This document shows positions 47,495 to 56,793 of a stretch of 64,000 bases of DNA, in pieces. The position numbers were made by a program, and so were the translations under genes. The DNA is from Ignavibacteriota bacterium (lineage in GTDB: Bacteria > Bacteroidota > Ignavibacteria > UBA10030 > UBA6906): assembly GCA_963801355.1 (NCBI GenBank), contig CAWDEM010000004.1, positions 768,001-832,000 on the forward strand, given 5' to 3'. Numbering within the stretch: position 1 is the stretch's first letter; each line of letters opens with the position of its first letter. The notes below the pieces were generated by a model that saw only the letters and a list, made by a program, of their open reading frames with translations, searched no databases and was not told the DNA's origin.

Positions 47495-49624
47495 ATGCCC
47501 CGCATAGCCTCCATGTTCATGATTTGCCTGGGACTCGCCTTGAATCATGTCCTGGGCCAGACACCCGGTAGGGAACCTGCCGTGTTTCAGCCATGTACAG
47601 AGGCGGAGGCCTACACAAAGGCCAGGGTAGTATTGGCGCGCATGACAGTAGACGAAAAGCTCGCGTACATCGGCGGCGACAAATCGTTCTTTATTCGCGC
47701 TCTCCCCCGGCTGGGTCTTCGAGAAGTGTACATGACCGACGCAACACAGGGCGTCCACATCAGGGGATCCTTCCGGGATATCGACCTCTCGAAGTATCAG
47801 CTCGAGCGTTCAACCGCATTCCCGTGCCCGATCCTCCTCGCGGCGACCTGGAATGTCGACCTTGCGTACTCCTACGCAGAAGCGGTAGGAGAAGAGTGCC
47901 GTGCGGGGGGCATCGGGATCCTGCTCGGGCCGGGTATGAACAGCTACCGGCACTCACAGTGCGGGCGGAATTTCGAGTATTTCGGGGAAGATCCGTTTCT
48001 CCGCTCACGCATGATCGAGCACTATGTCCGGGGTGTCCAGAGCACCGGCACGATCGCCACCCTCAAACACTTTGTTGCGAACAATACGGAATTCTATCGC
48101 CGGAAAAGCAATTCCGTTGTCGACGAGCGAACGCTTCACGAGATCTACCTTGCACCGTTCAAGGCCGGCATCGATGCCGGCGCTCGCGCAGTCATGACAT
48201 CGTACAATCTGCTCAACGGAGAATGGTGTGGAGAAAGCAAGCGGGTGATCACCGGCCTGCTCCGGGGAGACCTCGGCTTCAAGGGTCTCGTCATGACTGA
48301 CTGGACATCGGTGCACGATGCTGCGAAGCTCGCCGCATCAGGACAAGATCTCGAGATGCCCCACACCATCGCGCTCGAGAACGGGAAGGAGCTCATCGCG
48401 AAGGGTGCGGTCGATATGCACGACATCGACAGAATGGTGATGAGCATTCTCCAGACGTACTTCGTGATGCGGCTGGATGAACGGGAGGCTTTGCCCGCAT
48501 ACCTCGAGCGGTTTCCCGCGCATGAAGAGATCGGACTCCGTACTGCCGCCGAGGGCATTGTCCTGCTGAAGAATCAACATGGTATTCTCCCCATCGACGG
48601 CCGGGCAAAGGTCATCCTCCTCACTGGGCCGTATGTCGAGAAACCCGTTGCCGGCGGAGGCTCGGCGGAAGTGAAAGGGTACAACCAGCGAACAATGCTC
48701 GATGAGCTCCGGAAGATGTTCGGGGAACGCATAAGGTTTACACAACACCCGAGCGATGCGGAGATACGCTCCGCCGACATCGTGCTGTGCAATGTCGGGA
48801 CGGCCGACAGCGAGGGATGGGATCGACCTTTTGCACTGCCGGATGAACAGGAGGATCTCGTGGGTCGATGTGTCGGCGGGAATCGGAACACGGTTGTTAT
48901 TGTTACTTCGGGGAGCGGTATTCGCATGACCGGCTGGAGTGACAGGGCGGGCGCAATAGTGTATGCCTGGTATGTCGGGCAGTCGGGCAACACCGCGCTT
49001 GCGGAGATTCTTGCGGGAAAGACGAATCCGTCCGGGAAACTCCCGATCACGATTGAGAAGGAATTCCACGATTCTCCAGGTGCGGGGTACATACCGGAAG
49101 GGGAGGAATTGTATACCGATTGGAACGGCGACGCGGAAAAGGCTCATCCGGTGTATGACGTTCGCTACAATGAAGGCATCTTCGTTGGATACAGATGGTA
49201 CGAGAAGAAGAACATCACACCGCTCTTTCCGTTCGGCCACGGATTGTCGTATACGACCTTCGAGTATCGCGATCTCAAAGTCTCGCGTGGGAAGGCCGGA
49301 CAGGGGGTGGTCACTGTGAACTTCACGGTGAAGAATAACGGAGTCCGGGAAGGAACCGAAGTCCCGCAACTGTACGTGCAGGATGTTGCATGCACGGTTC
49401 CGCGGCCGGTGAAAGAATTGAAGGGATTCAGCAGGGTGTCCCTGAAGCCGGGTCAACAGAAGACCATCCAACAGGAGCTCCGAGCTATCGACTTTTCTTT
49501 CTGGGACCCCAAGCAGCGGCGATGGCAAGCCGAACCCGGGGTCTTCCGGATCCTCGTCGGCTCTTCTTCCGCGGATATCCGATTGACTGGCGAGGTCTCA
49601 GTGGAGAGCTTTGGCACTCCATGA
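47495..49624 (+). CDS. GH3 beta-glucosidase-like enzyme, exported
   Basis: 'GRNFEYFGEDP', 'LKHF', 'LHEIYL.PF', nucleophile 'VMTDW', 'GIVLLKN', 'NPSGKLP', 'FPFGHGLSYT', FnIII tail. Confidence 0.95.
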   Translation: MPRIASMFMICLGLALNHVLGQTPGREPAVFQPCTEAEAYTKARVVLARMTVDEKLAYIGGDKSFFIRALPRLGLREVYMTDATQGVHIRGSFRDIDLSKYQLERSTAFPCPILLAATWNVDLAYSYAEAVGEECRAGGIGILLGPGMNSYRHSQCGRNFEYFGEDPFLRSRMIEHYVRGVQSTGTIATLKHFVANNTEFYRRKSNSVVDERTLHEIYLAPFKAGIDAGARAVMTSYNLLNGEWCGESKRVITGLLRGDLGFKGLVMTDWTSVHDAAKLAASGQDLEMPHTIALENGKELIAKGAVDMHDIDRMVMSILQTYFVMRLDEREALPAYLERFPAHEEIGLRTAAEGIVLLKNQHGILPIDGRAKVILLTGPYVEKPVAGGGSAEVKGYNQRTMLDELRKMFGERIRFTQHPSDAEIRSADIVLCNVGTADSEGWDRPFALPDEQEDLVGRCVGGNRNTVVIVTSGSGIRMTGWSDRAGAIVYAWYVGQSGNTALAEILAGKTNPSGKLPITIEKEFHDSPGAGYIPEGEELYTDWNGDAEKAHPVYDVRYNEGIFVGYRWYEKKNITPLFPFGHGLSYTTFEYRDLKVSRGKAGQGVVTVNFTVKNNGVREGTEVPQLYVQDVACTVPRPVKELKGFSRVSLKPGQQKTIQQELRAIDFSFWDPKQRRWQAEPGVFRILVGSSSADIRLTGEVSVESFGTP

Positions 49625-49638
49625 TGTCTGACCCGCCG

Positions 49639-51843
49639 TCAATGGGCTGCAGGCTGAAACCGGATTGTGCGGAGAGAAAACGACCCGATGGAGATATCGG
49701 CATCGCCGATGGGCGAGCAGGAAATGAGCCCTGAAGCTGAGCCGGAGGGGGCTGTAGACAGCACGCGGAGGGTGTCACTTCTTGGCAAAAACACACCGGT
49801 CGTCTCGTCTGTCCTGATTGGCTTGCCGTCATTGCGCAGCCACGTCACCTGGAAAAGAATAGTCGCGGGCGCCGATCGGGATTCCCCTACGCAGGTGCCG
49901 TAATACAGTGCGCCGCCTTGGGCTGTGAAGTGAATTCCATTCGCTGCAGCGCTGTCCGATTGCTCCGGCCGAGCGACGACCATCTCAGGGCCGTAGACCG
50001 CGGAGTGGGGCTCTTCCTTTACGGCGAAGAGCGCGGTGCCGGGGGTCCGGAAGACCGGAACGACAAACCGTCTCACCAGCCATTCCGGCTTGCATTCGGA
50101 GCCACCCGATCCTTCCCGGATGAGAAGGTGGCTGCTTCCCATGCTGTTGAGTTCCTGCCGCAGACTATCCTCGCTGCCTCCCAGCAGGCCCGTGAGTCGG
50201 CTATAGCGCCACGGGCCGAACACGTCCCCACGAAATTCTCCTTCCGCATAGTAAGCTATGCGCGCATCACCATAGGAGTAGAGGTTGTACGACGATCCGG
50301 CAACGTTGTTCAAATAGTGGACGGCGCCATACGAGGGAAGACGCTTCGCGAGGTATTCAGCGCGTTCCTCCGGTATGGCGGGCGGTGGCCCCATGGAAGT
50401 CACCGTGTGCAGGACGAAACGCCATCCTGGAAGCATGAGAAGTACCGTGACAACAACGGCTGCCAACGTCCTGGCCAGCCTGGATGAGGGGAAGAATTGT
50501 TCGAAAAAGCGGCCCATGCCGGCTGCAGCTAGAACGCAAACGAGCGGCAGCACGGGAATGAGATAGCGGAGGATCTGCGAGGTAAAGAACCAGAAGAACA
50601 TGAAGCCTAGTGTGACGACTGCGATCCTCCGGGCATATGCCTTGCGCGCAATCTCATACATCGCGAAGGGAATGCCAATCAGGAGCGATATCGAGAGCCC
50701 TGCATCCGAGTGAAAATACTCGGCGTGCATGAAGAGGTTCCAGGGGAGGATCAGCAACGCGCGCAAGCTGGTCCCCGTGCCGTATGATGCAAGCAGGTCC
50801 GCGGTCTGTCCCTGCACATCAGCGTCGTTCCAGTATGCGTGACCAAACAGGGAGGAGAAGAAAGGCCATACGGGATTGCCGGTATGGTATGCGTTGTACA
50901 GATACCACGGCAAGGCGGTTATGATGGCGCAAATGGTGAACGTGAACAGCGGTCGTATTGAGCGTCGTTGCAGCAGCACAACGATCAACAGCGCCCCGAG
51001 AGCCAGCGGGAAGAACAGGGCAGAGTACTTGGTTCCCGCCGCGCAACCAATCATCAGGCCGCTCAACACCAGCCAATGGTCGTTCTTGTCTTCATACCAG
51101 CGTTCGAATGAGAGAACTGCCAGTGTCACAAACGCCACGAGCGCCATATCAGTGTAGGCCACTCCCGCCAGGACGAGGAGAATGGAGTTGGAGAGGAGCA
51201 GTGCCGCCCCCCAGTACGAAGCTGCTTTCTGGCCGATATGTCTGAGAAAAGCGGCGACGGCTAATGCGGTGACAAGCAGAAAGATCAGGCTGATGCATTG
51301 TGCAAGGATATCACTGCCCATCATGAGAGCTGACGCGAAGAGCATTTCCACGAGTTGGGGGAATACCGCATAGCGGTACTGGGGTGTCGGTTGCACTGAT
51401 CCCGTCTGTATGTAACTCTGCGCGACCGCCAGATGATACGTGACGGAGTCAGAAGCCGTCGGTGGATACAGGGGAAGCATGAACAGAGGAACAAGCACAA
51501 GAGCAGTGACAAGGGCGACGAGAAGATGGGAACGGAGGATATTCCGTATCCGGATGACCGGTCGGTCGGCCTGAAGGAGAATGAACGCACCTGCGATAAG
51601 GAGCGCAGCGATCGCGAACCCCAGGACCCACGGAGAAAGGAGTCGACTAATCCCGAGGAGAAATACCACCAGCGCAACAATGCCCAACCCGGCAGCGACC
51701 GAGTATGCCGTTTCCTCGGTAAAGGAATCAAAACGCAACCTCAGAAGTTCTGCTGCGGACCGGCCGAGGATGAACGCGACTGCAACGATCATCAGGGTTC
51801 CGGCAACCGTTGTTTCGAGAAACAGGAGGGTATTGAAATTCAT
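49639..51843 (-). CDS. GT-C fold (ArnT/PMT-like) polytopic membrane glycosyltransferase
   Basis: Many TM helices; 'PP..SDSVTYHL', 'GTKYSA', 'PWYLYN..TGNPVWP', 'RYLIP'. Confidence 0.8.
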   Translation of the reverse strand: MNFNTLLFLETTVAGTLMIVAVAFILGRSAAELLRLRFDSFTEETAYSVAAGLGIVALVVFLLGISRLLSPWVLGFAIAALLIAGAFILLQADRPVIRIRNILRSHLLVALVTALVLVPLFMLPLYPPTASDSVTYHLAVAQSYIQTGSVQPTPQYRYAVFPQLVEMLFASALMMGSDILAQCISLIFLLVTALAVAAFLRHIGQKAASYWGAALLLSNSILLVLAGVAYTDMALVAFVTLAVLSFERWYEDKNDHWLVLSGLMIGCAAGTKYSALFFPLALGALLIVVLLQRRSIRPLFTFTICAIITALPWYLYNAYHTGNPVWPFFSSLFGHAYWNDADVQGQTADLLASYGTGTSLRALLILPWNLFMHAEYFHSDAGLSISLLIGIPFAMYEIARKAYARRIAVVTLGFMFFWFFTSQILRYLIPVLPLVCVLAAAGMGRFFEQFFPSSRLARTLAAVVVTVLLMLPGWRFVLHTVTSMGPPPAIPEERAEYLAKRLPSYGAVHYLNNVAGSSYNLYSYGDARIAYYAEGEFRGDVFGPWRYSRLTGLLGGSEDSLRQELNSMGSSHLLIREGSGGSECKPEWLVRRFVVPVFRTPGTALFAVKEEPHSAVYGPEMVVARPEQSDSAAANGIHFTAQGGALYYGTCVGESRSAPATILFQVTWLRNDGKPIRTDETTGVFLPRSDTLRVLSTAPSGSASGLISCSPIGDADISIGSFSLRTIRFQPAAH

Positions 51844-51938
51844 GTGGGCCCGGAGACGTTAGCGCCAATGTACTGACATTCGTGAATTGATGAAAGAATT
51901 GGAATTAATTTGTGGATTTTCTACCTTGCACCGCACCT

Positions 51939-52667
51939 ATGGAACCACGTCAGCGTACCATTGCGGTTGTCATCCCCGCGTTCAACGAGGAAAAAGCCAT
52001 CCGCGGTGTGGTAGAGGATGTCTATTCTTCGCTTCACGTGCAAAGTGTGGATGCGCATATCATTGTAGTCAATGACGGCTCCTCTGACGGGACTTCCGTA
52101 GCGTTGCAAGGGCTTCCCTGTACTTGCCTCAATCTCCCCTTCAATCTCGGCATCGGCGCAGCAGTGCAACTCGGATTTCGCTATGCACAGAAGCTTGGAT
52201 GCGACGCGGTGGTCCAGGTTGATGGTGACGGCCAGCATCCTGCACGCGAGATCGGGCGGCTCCTGGAACCGGTGTTTAACGACAGCGCAGACGTTGTCAT
52301 TGGCTCCCGTTTTCTCTTGAAGGGAGGTTCCCGCTCGACGCTCTCCCGCCGTATCGGCATCCGGTACTTCAATGCACTCGTTGGGGTTCTGATCGGTAGG
52401 CGCATTACCGACAGCACATCCGGATTCCGCGCATTCAATCGCGTGGCGCTCGACGTGTGCGCGTGGGAGTACCCGGACCAGTATCCTGAACCGGAAGCGA
52501 TAATTTCGTTCACGAAACGAAAACTCCGGATCGTCGAAGTGTCTGTGCTCATGAACGACAGACAGGGTGGTCGGTCATCGATCAACACGTTTGCCGGGTT
52601 TGTCTATATGATCAAGGTTTCCCTCGCCATGTGTATTGCGGTCCTCAGAAATCATGAGGAAGGATAA
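51939..52667 (+). CDS. GT2 glycosyltransferase (polyprenyl-phosphate sugar synthase-like)
   Basis: 'VIPAFNEE', 'VNDGSSD', 'NLGIG.AVQ.G', 'DGDGQH', 'GSRF', 'DSTSGFRA'. Confidence 0.92.
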   Translation: MEPRQRTIAVVIPAFNEEKAIRGVVEDVYSSLHVQSVDAHIIVVNDGSSDGTSVALQGLPCTCLNLPFNLGIGAAVQLGFRYAQKLGCDAVVQVDGDGQHPAREIGRLLEPVFNDSADVVIGSRFLLKGGSRSTLSRRIGIRYFNALVGVLIGRRITDSTSGFRAFNRVALDVCAWEYPDQYPEPEAIISFTKRKLRIVEVSVLMNDRQGGRSSINTFAGFVYMIKVSLAMCIAVLRNHEEG

Positions 52668-52672
52668 CGCTC

Positions 52673-53038
52673 ATGGACACGATTGTCCCCCTCCGGATAC
52701 AAATTGTCAGCATTCTCGGAAGCATCCTCTTCCTTACGGTGATTGGCCGTCTGATTCTGAAAGGAAAGCTGCGGGAAGAATATGCTATCATCTGGATTGT
52801 TGCGACGGCGGCATTGCTTCTCCTGTCGATATGGCGAAACAGCCTGGAGGTGCTGGCAGCCGCTCTTGGTGTCTACTACGCTCCGTCTCTTCTGTTCTTA
52901 GTAGCATTGTTCGCAATCACCGCGTTCCTGGTTCACCTTTCGGTTGTGGCGACAAAACTCCAGAGGCAAAACAAGATTCTTGCCCAGGAGCTTGCCCTGC
53001 TTCGGGATGAAATGCAGAAAAGGAACAGCGGCAACTGA
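52673..53038 (+). CDS. DUF2304 family membrane protein
   Basis: 'GKLREEYAIIW', 'LGVYYAPS', 'LAQELAL'; the usual partner of this GT2 type. Confidence 0.88.
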   Translation: MDTIVPLRIQIVSILGSILFLTVIGRLILKGKLREEYAIIWIVATAALLLLSIWRNSLEVLAAALGVYYAPSLLFLVALFAITAFLVHLSVVATKLQRQNKILAQELALLRDEMQKRNSGN

Positions 53039-53058
53039 TGTCTGCATTGTCGCCTGGT

Positions 53059-54048
53059 CTATATCTTTTCGCTCTGCGAATGAAGCGGGCTGCGCATTCC
53101 GGAACTTCCCTTCGCTGACGTGTCTGCCGCTGTCCCATGGGTCAGCGCCATCTCCTGCAGCCATGTGGCCAATTCCTCCGCTCTGCAGTTGGGTTCCAGA
53201 ATCGCACGGAGGTACGCCGGGGGGTTCTTCACCCCGCCGTATAGTTGTTCGCAAGCACGGTCGAACTTCGGTCCGTGTTTGTTCCTGAGGACTTCAATCT
53301 TGCGCAGATCCAGACGCGATAGGGGCGTGTTGCGGCCGATCCGTTCGCAGATCATCCGCTCCAGATCCTGCTCGAGAATCACCGGAGTCATATCTGCGGG
53401 GACGGCATGAATAACGTTAGCCGGCGATTCATCAACATCGCCATGGCGGTGATGGTGTTGGTGAGGTTGGTCAGGTTTGATGAGGTCAGGTTTGGTTATA
53501 TAAGGTTGGTTAGGTTTGGTTAGGTTAGGTGGAACGTTGCTGTCCCTCCCATCCTGGGCATTTGTACCGTTACTGTCACCCCCATCGTGTGCCTCTGTAT
53601 CGTTACTGTCCCTCTCATCTTGTGTATTTGTACCGTTACTGTCCCCCTCATTTTGCGCAACTGTACCGTTACTGTACCCCCCCTCTTGTTGATAGAGGGC
53701 TTGCACGCGCCGCCAGATCTGAGGGTGACGTTTATACTTTACCTGCAGGAAGGGACCGACATACTGCCACCAGTTATGCACGCGGAAATAGGGAAGTCTG
53801 TCCATCCAGCCTGACTGGATCATCGCCCTGACGAATCTCTTGCTCTGATCGGCCGGGAGTCCGACGGCTGCTGCAAGGCTCGCTTGCTTGTGTCGCCGGA
53901 GATCCCCGTCAGGGGCATAGTCCAGGCACCACCACCAGAATCTGTTGAGCTTGCCAATAGTAATGTCGACGTCCCAACCCATCGAATTCATAAGGTCCAG
54001 TGTTTTGGGATGGTTGAGCAGCTGCTGATGACTTTCGATCCATGCCAT
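53059..54048 (-). CDS. Phage/prophage-type replication initiator (replisome organiser-like)
   Basis: AGGAGG RBS; N-terminal 'MAWIESHQ.L.NHPKT..GKL..FWWWCLDYAPDGDL..SGWMD..VHNW..Y'; low-complexity linker 'PNLTKPNQP'; C-terminal 'VKNPPAYLRAIL'. Confidence 0.72.
   Translation of the reverse strand: MAWIESHQQLLNHPKTLDLMNSMGWDVDITIGKLNRFWWWCLDYAPDGDLRRHKQASLAAAVGLPADQSKRFVRAMIQSGWMDRLPYFRVHNWWQYVGPFLQVKYKRHPQIWRRVQALYQQEGGYSNGTVAQNEGDSNGTNTQDERDSNDTEAHDGGDSNGTNAQDGRDSNVPPNLTKPNQPYITKPDLIKPDQPHQHHHRHGDVDESPANVIHAVPADMTPVILEQDLERMICERIGRNTPLSRLDLRKIEVLRNKHGPKFDRACEQLYGGVKNPPAYLRAILEPNCRAEELATWLQEMALTHGTAADTSAKGSSGMRSPLHSQSEKI
53535..53682. repeat. About 4.5 tandem copies of an imperfect 33-bp repeat (iteron-like) inside the initiator gene
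   Basis: Units start at 53535, 53568, 53601, 53634 and 53667 with CGTT(A/G)CTGT; the junction core is TGTA(C/T)CGTTACTGT. Confidence 0.9.
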
Positions 54049-54327
54049 GGGAGTCCTCCTTTTCCGAATGGAGGGAAATATAGCCTGTCGAGGGGCCGAT
54101 GAACAGCAGTTTTTTTTGTCGAAGTTTCTGGGAAATGGAATCATCAAATCGGTGAAGGGGCGAAAATGAGCTGGAAAGCGCGATTTTCATGCGGAATATG
54201 AACATGTGCCATTTTTAGCGCAGTTGTGTCTGGAACAGAATTTTGGGCTTTTTCGTTTACATAATCACAAAAGGCTTCTCGCCGACCTGACATATTCGTC
54301 ACGACGCCAGCAATACCGGGACAGGGA

Positions 54328-55620
54328 ATGAAAGGAAATCACATGGACAACCCGTCCAGATCAGCGGAACCAGCTTTCGATGTCGCTGTCATTGGTGCGG
54401 GTCAAGCAGGCCTTGGCATCAGCCATTTCCTGAAACAGTATGGCATGCGCCACATCGTTTTGGAACGTGACAGAATTGGTGAAACGTGGCGCACAAAACG
54501 TTGGAATTCCTTCTCACTCAATTCACCGAACAAATTCAATATGCTGCCTGGTGACACCTACAAAGGAGCGAACCCGGACGGGTTCGACTGCGCACAGGCT
54601 TTTGTCTCATACCTCGAAGGCTATGCGAACAGATTTCAATTGCCTGTCCAGGAACATTCCCGTGTGGTCTCTGTTGAGCGCAACTCTTCGGCGTACCATG
54701 TGACAGCACTGGTGCATGGAACGACAAGGAGCTATGCGTGTCGGCAGGTGGTAGTTGCCTCCGGAGCGATGAATGAACCCAAGATCCCTGCATTCGCGAA
54801 GAACATCTCCTCAAGTGTCAGGCAATTTCACGCTGGTGAATACCGGGCGCCTTCGGATCTGCTCGATGGTGCAGTCCTCGTTGTGGGGAGCGCACAGACA
54901 GGGCTTCAGGTGGCGGAGGATCTCATCGAGGCAGGCAAGAAAGTCTACCTGTCAACAAGCGCCGTTGGACGGGTCCCGCGTAGATACCGTGGCAGTGATA
55001 TTCTCGAATGGTTGCTGAAGGTCGGATTCTATGATGTGACAACTGAGGATATCACTGACCCCAAAGACCTGGAAGTGAGACAACCACAAGTATCCGGCGT
55101 CGGTCCGCTCGGCCATACCATTAGTCTTCAATCTCTAGCAAGAAGAGGTGCTGCAATCATCGGAAGGATCGAGAGCGTGAGCGGAAGTGAAGTCAACCTG
55201 CAGGCCAATGCGGCAAATCATATCAGGTTTGCGGATGAGGTGTCCCGTAGAATAAAGACATTGATCGAGCAATTCATAGCGGAAAATCGATTGAATGTCC
55301 CACCGCCTGAATTTGACCCGGCCGACGAACCTGATACCAATGCTTTATCTGCTTCATCCATGAGAGTACTTGATCTCGGGAAAGAAGATATCCAGTCGAT
55401 AATTTGGGCCACCGGCTTCACAGGAGACTTCAGCTACTTGAAAGACGGCGTCGTGGATGGCAGCGGACGGCCTGCACACCGCAGTGGCATTTCGAATGCG
55501 TCAGGGCTGTACTTTCTTGGGATGCCATGGCTCCGTAAGCGAAAATCGGGACTTATCACGGGCATAGAGGAAGATGCTGCGTTCGTCGCAGAACACGTTA
55601 AGCGCACTTCGTCGAAGTAG
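54328..55620 (+). CDS. Flavin-containing monooxygenase-like NAD(P)/FAD oxidoreductase (CzcO/TrkA-type); start may be 54343
   Basis: 'VIGAGQAG', 'GETWR..RWNS', 'VLVVGSAQTG.QVAE', 'WATGF', 'GLYFLG.PW'. Confidence 0.9.
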   Translation: MKGNHMDNPSRSAEPAFDVAVIGAGQAGLGISHFLKQYGMRHIVLERDRIGETWRTKRWNSFSLNSPNKFNMLPGDTYKGANPDGFDCAQAFVSYLEGYANRFQLPVQEHSRVVSVERNSSAYHVTALVHGTTRSYACRQVVVASGAMNEPKIPAFAKNISSSVRQFHAGEYRAPSDLLDGAVLVVGSAQTGLQVAEDLIEAGKKVYLSTSAVGRVPRRYRGSDILEWLLKVGFYDVTTEDITDPKDLEVRQPQVSGVGPLGHTISLQSLARRGAAIIGRIESVSGSEVNLQANAANHIRFADEVSRRIKTLIEQFIAENRLNVPPPEFDPADEPDTNALSASSMRVLDLGKEDIQSIIWATGFTGDFSYLKDGVVDGSGRPAHRSGISNASGLYFLGMPWLRKRKSGLITGIEEDAAFVAEHVKRTSSK

Positions 55621-55683
55621 CCACTCTGGCATTCCTTGTGGGGTGAGCCGATTGTAGGCCAATCAAAAAGGAGTATTCACCGA

Positions 55684-56551
55684 ATGAGATCTCGCATGAT
55701 ATTTGCAGCACTGCTATGCTCTTCGACAATATTGTTGGGAACGGTACATCTGCAAGGACAATCAGGACCTGCATCTCCTGTTCCGTATGGAGATAACAAG
55801 GATGCAGGCAACTATGCACTTCTCAACGGTATAAGACTCTATTATGAAATATACGGTAAAGGGGATCCCCTTATTTTACTCCATGGCAACGGCGGGAATA
55901 TCAAAGGAATGGAGCACCAGATTGAATATTTCTCCAAGCAGTATAGGGTTATCGCAATGGACTGTAGGGGAAGAGGCAAGTCCGAGTTGGGCAAGGATTC
56001 CCTTACGTACATGCAAATGACAAAGGATGTAGCTTCTCTTCTGGACTATTTGCAAGTGGATTCTACTTACATAATCGGGAGAAGTGACGGTGGTATCATC
56101 GGGTTACTGATGGGGATTTACTTCCCGGAGAAAGTAAAAAAGATTGCGGCTTTTTGGCGCGAACCTCTGGCCTGAACCAACCGCCCTCTATCCCCGCGAA
56201 GTTGATCAAACAAAACAAGTCCGAAGGCAAGCAGAAGAAATGATCGACAGAAATGATACAACGCAAGATTGGTATCTTATCAAACAACGATATAGAATGA
56301 TGGAATTTCAACCACATATTTCAGCTGATGATCTGAAGAAGATACAATCGCCTGTGTTAGTCCTTTCCTGTGACAGAGACTTGATTCAAGAAGAACATAC
56401 GCTATTCATATATCGGAATATTCCCAAGTCCAATCTATGCATTTTCCCGGGTGAGACACATTGGATAACCAGTACTAATCCAGATCTTTTCAATTCGACT
56501 GTGGCGAAATACTTTTCTGAACCTTACAAGGGAGAGGAAATGAGAAAATGA
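55684..56551 (+). CDS. Exported alpha/beta hydrolase with a +1 frameshift at the T-run 56151-56155
   Basis: 'LLHGNGG', 'DCRGRGKS', 'GRSDGG'; removing one T gives 'KIAAFGANLWP', continuing to 'DRD' and 'THW' catalytic motifs. Confidence 0.85.
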
Positions 56552-56793
56552 TGGGGCGGGCGCTAGTTGACAATGCATAATGAGTTCAGTAGATTCGGGC
56601 GATGTACATCGGTCTCCATGCGGTGGACGGGGCGGTTGCCGTATGAGACCTGAGGGCGCAAGTCCGATTTTTGCCTCTGCTCTTACACTCCCATCTCTCG
56701 TACGCGATCACCCGCTGGTTCACCAAGCGACCTGAGCATTCAATCCCCGATCAGGTGGAATGGAACAGAATCGAAACAGAACAAGAGGCCGCC

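Noticed and set aside
53535-53682. 33-bp repeats as a CRISPR array
   Set aside because: The units are contiguous with no unique spacers, are degenerate, lie in frame inside a gene, and no cas genes are present.
54260-55610. Integron cassette (attC-like fragments around the FMO-like gene)
   Set aside because: A GTTRRRY match at about 55597 has no paired RYYYAAC with a folding stem, and there is no integron integrase.
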